A stretch of DNA of 64,000 nucleotides, taken from Bacteroidales bacterium. GTDB lineage: Bacteria; Bacteroidota; Bacteroidia; Bacteroidales; VadinHA17. Location: positions 2,528-66,527 of the forward strand of contig JBBQJD010000003.1 in assembly GCA_038325595.1 (NCBI GenBank), written 5' to 3'. The translations under genes were made by a program, and so were the position numbers. Shown one piece after another: positions 28,515 to 37,494 of this stretch (the stretch's first letter is position 1; every line of letters begins with the position of its first letter). Under the pieces are notes generated by a model. That model saw only the letters and a program-made list of their open reading frames with translations. It was not told the origin of the DNA and ran no database searches.

Positions 28515-30197
28515 TCAGTACAGTTCAACCAACGGCTGCCCGGTGCATGCGTTGGGATATGGTACTTTGCACAGTGAAGACAGCGTAGCAGCAATATCAG
28601 TCATGTTCACTCTTCTGTTGACTGTAGCCCTGTTTATATTCCATCCGTACCATATAAGCGGCACGTGTGAATCATATTCATAAGGTGAATTATGGTTTGT
28701 TACATAATCGAGTTCTTTTTCAACCCACCCAGGATTCAGAGTAATAATAACATCTCCTGACCTCTGCGGATTAAAGCTGTTGATAATTCTTTTCAGGTTG
28801 CCATTACCATAATCATTTGCTTCAAAGGCAGAATATGGATAAGCAGCCGACACACCAGTGAATTGAACAAGAAACCGTGACACTTTCTTTTGAACCTCTT
28901 CGAGGCTGAGTCTTGCATCCTCAATTAACGTCCTGTTTAGAAAGATCTGCCTTTCAGAATAACCTTTAACCCAGTTTCCCTCTCCATAGATTGCATTCAG
29001 ATAGGTTCTCAATAGCTGTATCGCCTGATTCTGCATAAAATATCCTGCAGGTATATTATTCTTTGACAGCACTGATGGAATTTCTGAAATTCCATGAGCT
29101 GAAGTAAAATAAACAAGGTAATTTTTCTTGCCTATATTATCGTTCAGAAACCTGAGCAGATCTTCAATTTCATGATCAAGCCTGAGGATAGCATCACCCA
29201 TCTCCATTGAAGATGGCCCGAACCTGTGACCAATATTATCAGTAGCACCGTAGCATATTGATATATAATCAGTTACATCATCCTGGCCTAATTGTTCCTT
29301 TTCAATAAGTCTTATAGCAAAACTTGTCGTAAAAGAGTTGCCAAAAGGAGTTTCCCTGAGTAATGAAAAATCATTTCTGGCATTAAATTTACCTTTGACT
29401 CTCAACTTTTTCAGATCATAAGGAAAATAATTGACCCCGTTGAAACCTGCCTCAAATATATTTGAGTCGGCCTGGCAATCGGTGTAATCAAGTGCGGGCC
29501 TGAAAAGAGACCAGGAGCTGTTGAGATAAGTATCTGAGAAATTAAGTGCATTAAAATCATTTACCCAGCCTGGCAATGTGTTAACATAGTAAGTACTTGA
29601 CATCCAGGTGCCTGAGGTATTATCAAACCAGAAAGCCCCGTCTGCCGCATGTCCGGCGGTGAAAATGGCTGAGTACTCCTTCAGTCCTACTCCGTAAACC
29701 TTTGCCTTTTTGTTTGTTGCCATCTTCAACTCATCAGAAAACGTTGAAGCCTGCAGGTTAGCTGGTGAATGTAAACCCGATTCGTAGCTTCCCCCCACCG
29801 GATCAACATTCAGATCTGTCGTGCAGTAAATTAATTCATTCTTTAGCGGAAGATACCAGCTGTCAGATGTTATTCCATGAAATGAAGGCTCAGCACCGGT
29901 TGAAATAGTAGCATGGGCCGGAGCTGACTGTGTAAGCATATATTCATAAGCGGCATTTTTAAAATAAGTTCCTTCATTTATGAGTTTTTTGATCCCGTTC
30001 TCACCAAGCCTGTCTCTGAATTTCTCAATCTGATCATACTTCAGCTGCTCAACGACAATACCAATAACCAGACGTGGCTTTTCAGGAGGAAGGTAAGCAC
30101 CCTGTCCTGATAATTCAATACAAAATGATGCCAGCAGGATAAATGCTGCACAATATATAGTTAGTGTCCTCAACTTCTTCATAATATTCAATCTCAT
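28515..30197 (-). CDS. Alkaline phosphatase superfamily protein (nucleotide pyrophosphatase/phosphodiesterase-like), secreted
   Basis: 560 aa; signal peptide; AYEYMLTQSAPAHATISTG and YGATDNIGHRFGP metal-site-like motifs. Start could be the second Met (30182). Confidence 0.7.
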   Translation of the reverse strand: MRLNIMKKLRTLTIYCAAFILLASFCIELSGQGAYLPPEKPRLVIGIVVEQLKYDQIEKFRDRLGENGIKKLINEGTYFKNAAYEYMLTQSAPAHATISTGAEPSFHGITSDSWYLPLKNELIYCTTDLNVDPVGGSYESGLHSPANLQASTFSDELKMATNKKAKVYGVGLKEYSAIFTAGHAADGAFWFDNTSGTWMSSTYYVNTLPGWVNDFNALNFSDTYLNSSWSLFRPALDYTDCQADSNIFEAGFNGVNYFPYDLKKLRVKGKFNARNDFSLLRETPFGNSFTTSFAIRLIEKEQLGQDDVTDYISICYGATDNIGHRFGPSSMEMGDAILRLDHEIEDLLRFLNDNIGKKNYLVYFTSAHGISEIPSVLSKNNIPAGYFMQNQAIQLLRTYLNAIYGEGNWVKGYSERQIFLNRTLIEDARLSLEEVQKKVSRFLVQFTGVSAAYPYSAFEANDYGNGNLKRIINSFNPQRSGDVIITLNPGWVEKELDYVTNHNSPYEYDSHVPLIWYGWNINRATVNRRVNMTDIAATLSSLCKVPYPNACTGQPLVELY

Positions 30198-30249
30198 GGT
30201 TTATTGATGCATTTTCTGACGTAGATTCCAATAACACAACGGAACGGTG

Positions 30250-30257
30250 CAAAAATA
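30250..30257 (-). promoter_or_regulatory. Candidate -7 promoter box TATTTTTG
   Basis: Plus strand CAAAAATA; 52 nt upstream of the ATG at 30197. Confidence 0.35.
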
Positions 30258-30290
30258 ATTGTTTTCGCAACAGAAGCAAACGACTGGGAT

Positions 30291-31991
30291 TTATTTAATG
30301 AGAATGAACCTTCCTCTATATGAGACCTTTGTGGAAGGATTTATAAATATTATTGAATAAGCACCTGCCGGCATCCTCTGTATATCGACTTTTAAAGGAA
30401 TGCCTCTGTCAATTTCGGTAAAATAATCACAAGACAACAAACCTGCCGAATTGTAAATCCTGACATTGACAGTACCAGTGACATCAGCCGGGAGAACAGC
30501 CATAACAATTGTTTTAGCAGGATTGGGATAAAGTACAGGAGTCTCCGGATTTGTTGTATCAATACTGTTTATAATGGGTGTAAGATTAACATTCAGTTCT
30601 GTTTTATGATCCTCTGTCACAACAATATTACTGATAACTTCATTGTAAAAACCAGGCGATGAAAAGACAAGAGTCCAGATTCCCGGGGAAAGAAGCCTGA
30701 CATATCTTCCTGAAGTAATTTCAGAATATACATGAGAGCTGTCTTTGTCATGTCCGTTTATGAAAATCTTTGCTTTTACCGGTGCAGATGATTCTGCATT
30801 AAGTACTTTCCCCTGAATTCCGTATAATGCATTTTCAAGATATCCTATCAGCGATCGCCAGTTATACTGCCAGAGCAAAGGCAATCGTGCCGGCGATGTA
30901 ACGTATTGATTGTCAATTTCTATTGTAACTTCACGCCCCTGTTGTTCCCAGGTGACGAAATCCTGTCTTCCTCCGTAAATAATATACCATTCTGACCCCC
31001 TGGTGACCCCGTTATCGAGATCATCCATATAGCCGGCATCCGAATAATTATGTACAGTATCTGCGTACTCCCTGCTGATATCATTAAACCATGAATCATC
31101 GGCATGAAACCTGAATGGCCATCTGTCCCACGGATAGTTTACAACTTCAGCTCCGGAATGGAAATTTGCTGAGATCACAAATTTATGTTTACGCATGAAT
31201 GCTATCATGTCAGCATTCTCTTTTTGCAAAGGAGCCCCCTGAATTGAAGGATCAGTAAAATTCCGGTTTAGATCAATCCCGTTTGCATTGAATCTTGAGG
31301 GCGAAGTTATTATGTTGCTATTCCTGTATGTACCGTCAGGATTAGCAAGAGGATTTATCCAGATCTCCAGATTATCAACCAGGTTCTTAACCCGGTCATT
31401 CAGATTGTAATTCTTAAGAAGATAGTCTATCAGATGCAGCATCAGAATAAATCCTCCGGTTTCGTCACCATGCATGCTGGAAGTATAGAAAGCTTCAGGC
31501 TCATCTTCATCATTTAAAGGATTGTCTGAAATTTTCAGTGCAAGAACGAGCCTGCCATTGATGCTCGTCCCGATTGTATCTATCCTGCACAACCCGGGGA
31601 AATCAGCTGCAAAACCATGCATTATTGAATCATACCGGGTATAAGCAGGATAGCTGTCCCATTCCATAGCTTCGTTTACCTCAGTTGCAGATAGAAAACC
31701 TTTGATTACAGGTCTTTGTATTATTTTATATGTAAATCTTTGCCTGATGAACCATTCGATTGTTACCGGCGAAAGACAAACATGAATCTCTTTATTTTCT
31801 ACGGCAAGGATTGAGACTTCTCTTGTAAGATAATCAAGTGTTTTACGGCCGGTATATGGTACATTTACGAGTGCCTGTCCGTCCCTGGCCAGTATTAATC
31901 GCAGACTATCATCCTGATTCAGAGACTGTGAAAGAGATTTTGGACTGAAGTGAACCAGCAGCAACAACAGTATGAATATACGACCGGCCAT
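30291..31991 (-). CDS. M14-family zinc carboxypeptidase with C-terminal T9SS sorting domain
   Basis: 566 aa; signal peptide; SSMHGDETGG (HxxE zinc site), DLNRNF, ANFHSG; C-terminal segment VLYPNPAKT...YSIIFIN...GRFILIK resembles a type A Por/T9SS CTD. Confidence 0.85.
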   Translation of the reverse strand: MAGRIFILLLLLVHFSPKSLSQSLNQDDSLRLILARDGQALVNVPYTGRKTLDYLTREVSILAVENKEIHVCLSPVTIEWFIRQRFTYKIIQRPVIKGFLSATEVNEAMEWDSYPAYTRYDSIMHGFAADFPGLCRIDTIGTSINGRLVLALKISDNPLNDEDEPEAFYTSSMHGDETGGFILMLHLIDYLLKNYNLNDRVKNLVDNLEIWINPLANPDGTYRNSNIITSPSRFNANGIDLNRNFTDPSIQGAPLQKENADMIAFMRKHKFVISANFHSGAEVVNYPWDRWPFRFHADDSWFNDISREYADTVHNYSDAGYMDDLDNGVTRGSEWYIIYGGRQDFVTWEQQGREVTIEIDNQYVTSPARLPLLWQYNWRSLIGYLENALYGIQGKVLNAESSAPVKAKIFINGHDKDSSHVYSEITSGRYVRLLSPGIWTLVFSSPGFYNEVISNIVVTEDHKTELNVNLTPIINSIDTTNPETPVLYPNPAKTIVMAVLPADVTGTVNVRIYNSAGLLSCDYFTEIDRGIPLKVDIQRMPAGAYSIIFINPSTKVSYRGRFILIK

Positions 31992-31999
31992 GATCAGTT

Positions 32000-33097
32000 T
32001 TATACATTAAACCTTATATGCAGTATATCTCCATCCTGAACAACATAATTTTTCCCTTCGATATAAAATTTGCCTGCATCCTTGCATGCATGTTCTGAGC
32101 CAAGAGTCACAAAATCATTATACTTCATAACTTCCGCCCTGATGAATCCCCTTTCAAGATCGCTGTGAATGACTCCTGAAGCTTTTGGGGCAGTCATTCC
32201 CTTTTTGATGGTCCAGGCTCTTATTTCCATCGGACCGACAGTGAAAAATGTCTGCAGGTTCAGCATTTTGTAGGCAGCCCTGACGAGTTTATCAACACCC
32301 GGCTCGGAAAGTCCTGCGTCCTTAAGAAAAGCCAGCCTGTCCTCCTCATTTTCAAGCTCAGCTATTTCAGCTTCAATGGCTCCTGCAATTACAATGATTT
32401 CAGCATTTTTTCCCTTGAGTAATTCCTTAACTCTTTCCACATATTTATTCCCCGTGACTGCCGATTTCTCGTCAACATTGCAGACATAAATAACAGGTTT
32501 CATAGTCAGCAGAAACAGGTCATCCACATATTTTCTGTCTTCTTCCTTTATGTCAAGGGTGCGTGCATTATTGAAATTTTCAAAATGGTCCCTGTAAAGA
32601 TGAAGCACCTCAACACCTCTTTTTGCATCTTTATCACCTGTTCTGGAAGCCCTTTCAAGACGTTCAATTTTTTTCTCCACAGATTCGAGATCTTTAACCT
32701 GCAGCTCAAGGTCAATAGTTTCAAGATCGCGTACAGGATCAACAGAGCCATCGATATGCGGCAGGGATTCATCATCAAAGCATCTGAGCACATGTATAAG
32801 GGCATCTGTATTCCTGATATCTCCAAGGAACTTGTTCCCTACTCCTTCTCCTTTATTTGAACCTTTTGCCAGTCCGGGTATATCTACAATCTCTACAGTT
32901 GTATGAACTAACCTGTCAGTAACCTGATGTTTTTCAAGCTCATAAAGTCTTGGATCAGGGACTTTTACAACTCCTATGTTGGATTTGGTTGCACTGAAGG
33001 CAAAAGCATTTGTCTCAGCTTTTGTATTTGAAATACAATTGAAAATAGTTGTTTTGCCAATATTCGTTATACCGGTTATTCCGCATTGAAGAGCCAT
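32000..33097 (-). CDS. ychF: Redox-regulated ATPase YchF
   Basis: 365 aa; GITGITNIGKTTIFN, DIPGLAKGS, TGS-like C-terminus (FIRAEVM..). Confidence 0.95.
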   Translation of the reverse strand: MALQCGITGITNIGKTTIFNCISNTKAETNAFAFSATKSNIGVVKVPDPRLYELEKHQVTDRLVHTTVEIVDIPGLAKGSNKGEGVGNKFLGDIRNTDALIHVLRCFDDESLPHIDGSVDPVRDLETIDLELQVKDLESVEKKIERLERASRTGDKDAKRGVEVLHLYRDHFENFNNARTLDIKEEDRKYVDDLFLLTMKPVIYVCNVDEKSAVTGNKYVERVKELLKGKNAEIIVIAGAIEAEIAELENEEDRLAFLKDAGLSEPGVDKLVRAAYKMLNLQTFFTVGPMEIRAWTIKKGMTAPKASGVIHSDLERGFIRAEVMKYNDFVTLGSEHACKDAGKFYIEGKNYVVQDGDILHIRFNV

Positions 33098-33119
33098 AGA
33101 TATCAGATTGATTTGAGTG

Positions 33120-33127
33120 CAAATTTA
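33120..33127 (-). promoter_or_regulatory. Candidate -7 promoter box TAAATTTG
   Basis: Plus strand CAAATTTA; 22 nt upstream of the ychF ATG (33097). Confidence 0.45.
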
Positions 33128-33156
33128 TCATAATTCCGGTGATATTTGAAATCAGT

Positions 33157-33199
33157 AACCGCGCAGGTCGCAAAGATTTTACGCAGAGGACTCTGAGGG
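33157..33199. repeat. Short dispersed GCA(G/A)AG-type element, copy 1
   Basis: AACCGCGCAGGTCGCAAAGATTTTACGCAGAGGACTCTGAGGG; resembles 44985-45024. Both lie just 3' of a minus-strand gene. Confidence 0.3.
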
Positions 33200-33214
33200 T
33201 GCTTTTCTGCTGAT

Positions 33215-34708
33215 TTAAACCTTTCCCGGACGAAAGTTCCTCACAAACTGAACTGATTTGGCAATTTCAGGATACATCACCTTATCATTCTTAATGAAGT
33301 GGATATCTTTCCTGAATGAGCTTACAACATTTTCCACGTAATCAGATGATTTGAAGGGCCTCCTGAATTCAATAGCCTGGATAGCAGTAAGAAGCTCTAT
33401 TGCAATGATTGTTTCAAGATTTTCGGCAACCCGCAGCAGTCGTGTAGCTCCGTTTGCACCCATGCTCACATGATCCTCCTGTTCATTTGAAGAAGGTATT
33501 GAATCGACTGTTGATGGTGTGCAAAGCTGTTTGTTCTGACTTACAATTGAAGCGGCGGTATACTGCGGGATCATGAAACCGCTGTTAAGGCCGGGGTTTG
33601 CAACAAGAAACTCAGGAAGATCCCTTTGTCCGGCTATTAACCTGTAAATTCTCCTTTCGGCAATACTGCCTAACTCAGCCAGAGCTATGGCAAGGTAATC
33701 GAATATAAGTGCAAGAGGCTGTCCGTGGAAATTACCACCTGATACTATAAGATCTTCATCGGGAAAAATTGTAGGATTATCTGTTACTGAATTTATTTCT
33801 GTGTGAATTATTGACCTGGCATATTTGATCACATCCTTTGTAGCTCCGTGAACCTGAGGAATACACCGGAACGAGTATGGATCCTGTACATGTGATTTTG
33901 GACGTGCAATCAAGGCACTGCCTCTGAGTACCTCACGGAAAAATTTCGCAGTTTCAATCTGACCACTATGCGGCCTTATTAAATGAACAATCTCAAAAAA
34001 AGGCTCGAGTCTGCCATCATAGGCCTCCAGGGATATGGCAGAAGCAATATCGGCAAATAATGATAATCTTTCAGCCATTTCAATTATATAAACCCCATAG
34101 GAGCCCATGAACTGAGTGCCATTAAGCAAAGCCAGTCCTTCCTTTGATTTAAGTCCGACAGGTGACCATCCAAACTTCCTTAGTATTGCCTCAGCTTCAA
34201 GTTTCTCGCCCTTATAAATAACTTCTCCCATACCCAGCAAAGGCAACACCAGATGAGCCAGAGGAGCCAGGTCACCTGAAGCTCCAAGAGAACCCTGCTC
34301 GTAAACAACCGGTATTACACCTTCATTAAAGAAATCAATGAGCCTTTGAACTGTTTCAATCTGAACACCTGATTTTCCGCGGCTCAGCGCGTGAATTTTC
34401 AAAAGAAGCATCAGTTTCACAATCTCTTCCCTCACAACCGGACCAGTACCGCATGCATGCGACATAACAAGATTTTCCTGTAAAGTATTCAACTGATCGT
34501 TACTTATGGTTATGTTATGGAGTGAACCGAAACCGGTTGTTATTCCATAGATCGGAGAAGAAGTATTTTCGAGCTTCTGATCAAGATAATTTCTACACTT
34601 TGTAATAAGGGCTGCAGACTCGCCTGATAATGAAAGTTTCATGTCTTCTCTCAAAATCCTCCAGATCATGTCAAGTGTAAGATCGTCTGTTGATATTTTA
34701 TAAGTCAT
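33215..34708 (-). CDS. hutH: Histidine ammonia-lyase
   Basis: 497 aa; MIO-forming GSLGASGDLAPLAH; YGITTGFG; LVMSHACG (Ser-His pair typical of HAL rather than TAL/PAL). Confidence 0.9.
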   Translation of the reverse strand: MTYKISTDDLTLDMIWRILREDMKLSLSGESAALITKCRNYLDQKLENTSSPIYGITTGFGSLHNITISNDQLNTLQENLVMSHACGTGPVVREEIVKLMLLLKIHALSRGKSGVQIETVQRLIDFFNEGVIPVVYEQGSLGASGDLAPLAHLVLPLLGMGEVIYKGEKLEAEAILRKFGWSPVGLKSKEGLALLNGTQFMGSYGVYIIEMAERLSLFADIASAISLEAYDGRLEPFFEIVHLIRPHSGQIETAKFFREVLRGSALIARPKSHVQDPYSFRCIPQVHGATKDVIKYARSIIHTEINSVTDNPTIFPDEDLIVSGGNFHGQPLALIFDYLAIALAELGSIAERRIYRLIAGQRDLPEFLVANPGLNSGFMIPQYTAASIVSQNKQLCTPSTVDSIPSSNEQEDHVSMGANGATRLLRVAENLETIIAIELLTAIQAIEFRRPFKSSDYVENVVSSFRKDIHFIKNDKVMYPEIAKSVQFVRNFRPGKV

Positions 34709-34734
34709 ATTTTCCTTCCTTTAAAAACAGATCA

Positions 34735-36114
34735 CTAAGATTTTCTGATTTCAGTGAAAATAAATTTTTCAATATCGTTTAATGCTATCTTTTTTTGTTC
34801 TCCCGAAGACATGTTCTTTATAGTAACGGTATCATTCATCATTTCATCTTCGCCGGCAATTACAATATAAGGTATCTTTTTTACATCGGCATACGACATT
34901 TGTTTCTTCAGCTTCACATTGTCGGGATATAATTCGGATCTTACCCCATGTGTATGCATCAATTCCAGAATTTTAAGAGCGTAAATGACTTCTTTCTCTC
35001 CAAAATTTACGACAAGTACTTCTGCTGATGATGCTTTTATTTCATCAAAAAGTTTCAGCTGATTAAGAACATCATAGATCCTGTCAGCCCCGAAAGATAT
35101 CCCTACTCCCGATACGCCTTCCATACCAAAAACACCTGTAAGATTATCGTAACGTCCTCCCCCACAAATACTTCCAATGCTAACATCTTTTGACTTTACC
35201 TCAATAATCGCCCCGGTATAATAATTCAGACCGCGTGCGAGAGTCAGATCGAGTTCAATCTCTGATGTCAGGTCTGTATTTTCCAGGTATGAAAAAAGGG
35301 TTCTTAATTCGGATATTCCTGTCAGACCGGTTTCTGATGCAGAAAGGTATTCTCCAAGGGCAATGAGTTTTTCATTTATGCTACCGCCCAGATGCAGAAC
35401 AGGCTGCAGAGCTGAGATAGAATCTGCTGAAAGGCCTTTGCTTTCAAGCTCACTGTTTACACCTTCGATTCCTATTTTATCGAGTTTATCAATTGCAATG
35501 GTTATATCGATGATCCTGCCCGATTCTCCGATAAAATCAGCAATTCCGGCTAAAATCTTTCTGTTGTTTATTTTAATGAGAGTTGCAATTTTGAGTCTTT
35601 TGAAGATATCATCAACTATTTTGATCAGCTCATATTCATTAAGCAGCGAATTACTTCCTATAACATCCGCATCACACTGGAAGAATTCCCTGTACCTGCC
35701 CTTTTGCGGCCGGTCAGCTCTCCATACCGGCTGGATCTGATATCTTTTAAAGGGAAATGTTATTTCCTCACGATGCTGAACAACGTAACGCGCAAACGGA
35801 ACTGTAAGATCGTAACGCAACCCTTTTTCTGAAATTTTTGATGATATTTTTCCTTTTGCCCCTGACCTGAAATCATCATCGGTTACATCGGATAAAAAAT
35901 CACCTGAGTTAAGTATCCTGAACAAAAGCTTATCGCCCTCTTCACCGTACTTACCGAGGAGCGTACTGAGATTTTCCATTGCGGGAGTTTCAATCTGCTG
36001 GTAACCATATAGTTTGAACACCTGCCTGATGGTGTCAAATATATAATCACGTTTAAGCATTTCTTCAGTAGAGAAATCCCGTGTTCCTTTGGGTATGGAT
36101 GGTTTTGAGGACAT
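34735..36114 (-). CDS. hisS: Histidine--tRNA ligase
   Basis: 459 aa; [40 protein letters not shown] class II motifs. Confidence 0.95.
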   Translation of the reverse strand: MSSKPSIPKGTRDFSTEEMLKRDYIFDTIRQVFKLYGYQQIETPAMENLSTLLGKYGEEGDKLLFRILNSGDFLSDVTDDDFRSGAKGKISSKISEKGLRYDLTVPFARYVVQHREEITFPFKRYQIQPVWRADRPQKGRYREFFQCDADVIGSNSLLNEYELIKIVDDIFKRLKIATLIKINNRKILAGIADFIGESGRIIDITIAIDKLDKIGIEGVNSELESKGLSADSISALQPVLHLGGSINEKLIALGEYLSASETGLTGISELRTLFSYLENTDLTSEIELDLTLARGLNYYTGAIIEVKSKDVSIGSICGGGRYDNLTGVFGMEGVSGVGISFGADRIYDVLNQLKLFDEIKASSAEVLVVNFGEKEVIYALKILELMHTHGVRSELYPDNVKLKKQMSYADVKKIPYIVIAGEDEMMNDTVTIKNMSSGEQKKIALNDIEKFIFTEIRKS

Positions 36115-36151
36115 ATGTATTCAGATAAGACAAAAGATAAAAGTAAAAAGA

Positions 36152-36159
36152 CAAAAGTA
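36152..36159 (-). promoter_or_regulatory. Candidate -7 promoter box TACTTTTG for hisS
   Basis: Plus strand CAAAAGTA; 37 nt upstream of the hisS ATG (36114); abuts the 9-mer array. Confidence 0.4.
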
Positions 36160-36258
36160 GTAAAAAAGGCTATAAAGGCTATAGAGGCTGTAAAGGCTAT
36201 AGAGGCTGTAAAGGTTGGAGTAAAAAAGGCAATAAAGGCTATAAAGGCTGTAAAGGGA
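36160..36258. repeat. Tandem array of about 10 units of a 9-bp repeat RTARAGGCT
   Basis: Read directly: ATAAAGGCT ATAGAGGCT GTAAAGGCT ATAGAGGCT GTAAAGGTT ... ATAAAGGCT ATAAAGGCT GTAAAGGGA. Confidence 0.9.
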
Positions 36259-36266
36259 ATAATATC

Positions 36267-36292
36267 ATGATTCATAAGAATGATTCATAAGA
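36267..36292. repeat. Perfect 13-bp tandem duplication ATGATTCATAAGA x2
   Basis: Read directly; sits between the two opposed 9-mer arrays. Confidence 0.9.
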
Positions 36293-36304
36293 TAATTAAT
36301 TATA

Positions 36305-36358
36305 AGCAGTTACAGCATTTAAAGCCTTTAAAGCATCTAAAGCCTCTAGTGCCTTCTA
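36305..36358. repeat. Inverted-orientation 9-mer array (AGCNTYTAR x5-6)
   Basis: AGCAGTTAC AGCATTTAA AGCCTTTAA AGCATCTAA AGCCTCTAG TGCCTTCTA; reverse complement of the 36160-36258 unit. The last unit includes the ppk2 stop codon. Confidence 0.85.
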
Positions 36359-37312
36359 ATATTTTTCCGGAACGAATGTCTGGTCTGTAACCGGGGGTCT
36401 TACATATGCGACATCATTTTTCAATGGAGGCAGCTTGAATGGTGAGGGGGTCAGATCCTCATAGGGAATAAGGCTGAGCAGATGGCTGATACAGTTAAGA
36501 CGGGCCCTCCTTTTATCATCTGCATGGACAACATACCATGGAGATTGCTTGGTATCAGTAAATGAGAACATCTTATCCTTTGCTATGGAATAATCGACCC
36601 ATTTGTCACGCGATTGAATATCCATCGGGCTGATTTTCCATCTTTTAGTGGGATCTTTTATTCTTTCGTGAAAACGCTTTTCCTGTTCATGGTCACTGAC
36701 TGAGAACCAATATTTGATCAATATTGTACCTGAACGGATCAGCATTCTTTCAAACTCAGGACAAGACCTTAAAAATTCCTCATATTCTTCATTTGTGCAA
36801 TAGCCCATAACTTTTTCAACACCTGCCCTGTTATACCAGCTTCTGTCGAAGAGAACTATCTCACCTCCGGCTGGCAGATGGGTGGCATAACGCTGAAAAT
36901 ACCATTGTGATTTTTCTTTCTCAGTAGGAATACCAAGGGCAGCGATCCTGCAAATTCTGGGGTTCAGACACCCGGCTATTGTTTTGATTACACCGCCTTT
37001 GCCGGCTGCATCCCTGCCTTCATAAACAACGACAACCTTCAGTTTCTTTGTCTTAACCCATTCCTGAAGCTTTACAAGCTCTACCTCCAGTCCCAGGAGA
37101 AGTTTTTCATACTCCCTGGTATCCATTTTCTCTTTCGCTTCTGGTACAATATCATAGTATAAGTCAGATTTCGCGGAAATTTTTGGTTTGGACGATTTCT
37201 TTACTTTGGTTTGTTTGTCAAGCTTTTCTTTTACTTCAGGTTCAATTTCATGAAGCAAGCCGGATTTTTCAGCCTCTTTTGACTTTAATGATTTCTTACC
37301 TTTATGTGCCAT
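36356..37312 (-). CDS. ppk2: Polyphosphate kinase 2 (single-domain PPK2) with Lys-rich N-terminal extension
   Basis: 318 aa; Walker A YEGRDAAGKGG, FDRSWYNR, lid region, PWYVVHADDKRRARLN. Confidence 0.9.
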   Translation of the reverse strand: MAHKGKKSLKSKEAEKSGLLHEIEPEVKEKLDKQTKVKKSSKPKISAKSDLYYDIVPEAKEKMDTREYEKLLLGLEVELVKLQEWVKTKKLKVVVVYEGRDAAGKGGVIKTIAGCLNPRICRIAALGIPTEKEKSQWYFQRYATHLPAGGEIVLFDRSWYNRAGVEKVMGYCTNEEYEEFLRSCPEFERMLIRSGTILIKYWFSVSDHEQEKRFHERIKDPTKRWKISPMDIQSRDKWVDYSIAKDKMFSFTDTKQSPWYVVHADDKRRARLNCISHLLSLIPYEDLTPSPFKLPPLKNDVAYVRPPVTDQTFVPEKY

Positions 37313-37394
37313 GATCAGGTTAATTAATTAAGTAAGAAATATATATAAAATAATTGAAGATCAATATAAAAGGGGAAGGAAAGTTTGGACAGAA

Positions 37395-37429
37395 GGTTCC
37401 AGGTTCCAGGTTCCAGGTTCCAGGTTCCA
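37395..37429. repeat. Heptanucleotide tandem repeat (GGTTCCA)x5, perfect
   Basis: Read directly; decays into GATTCAA AGGTTAG. Lies 83-117 nt upstream of the ppk2 ATG. Confidence 0.95.
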
Positions 37430-37494
37430 GATTCAAAGGTTAGTAACCGGAAACTGTAAATTGAAAAAAATGTGGATTACAGATTAACACGTTT

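Noticed and set aside
36115-36270. 51-aa plus-strand [54 protein letters not shown], superficially like a cationic amphipathic peptide
   Set aside because: Its ATG is back-to-back with the hisS ATG (CATATG), leaving no promoter space. The sequence is a direct by-product of the 9-bp repeat. It would deserve a look only if ribosome profiling shows translation.
35883-36275. 130-aa minus-strand ORF with FIAFIAF.. repeats
   Set aside because: The N-terminal half is simply the 9-bp array translated (a 3-aa periodicity artefact), and the rest overlaps the hisS N-terminus out of frame.
36160-36358. CRISPR array
   Set aside because: The units are 9 bp and directly abutting with no spacers, and there are no cas genes in the window.
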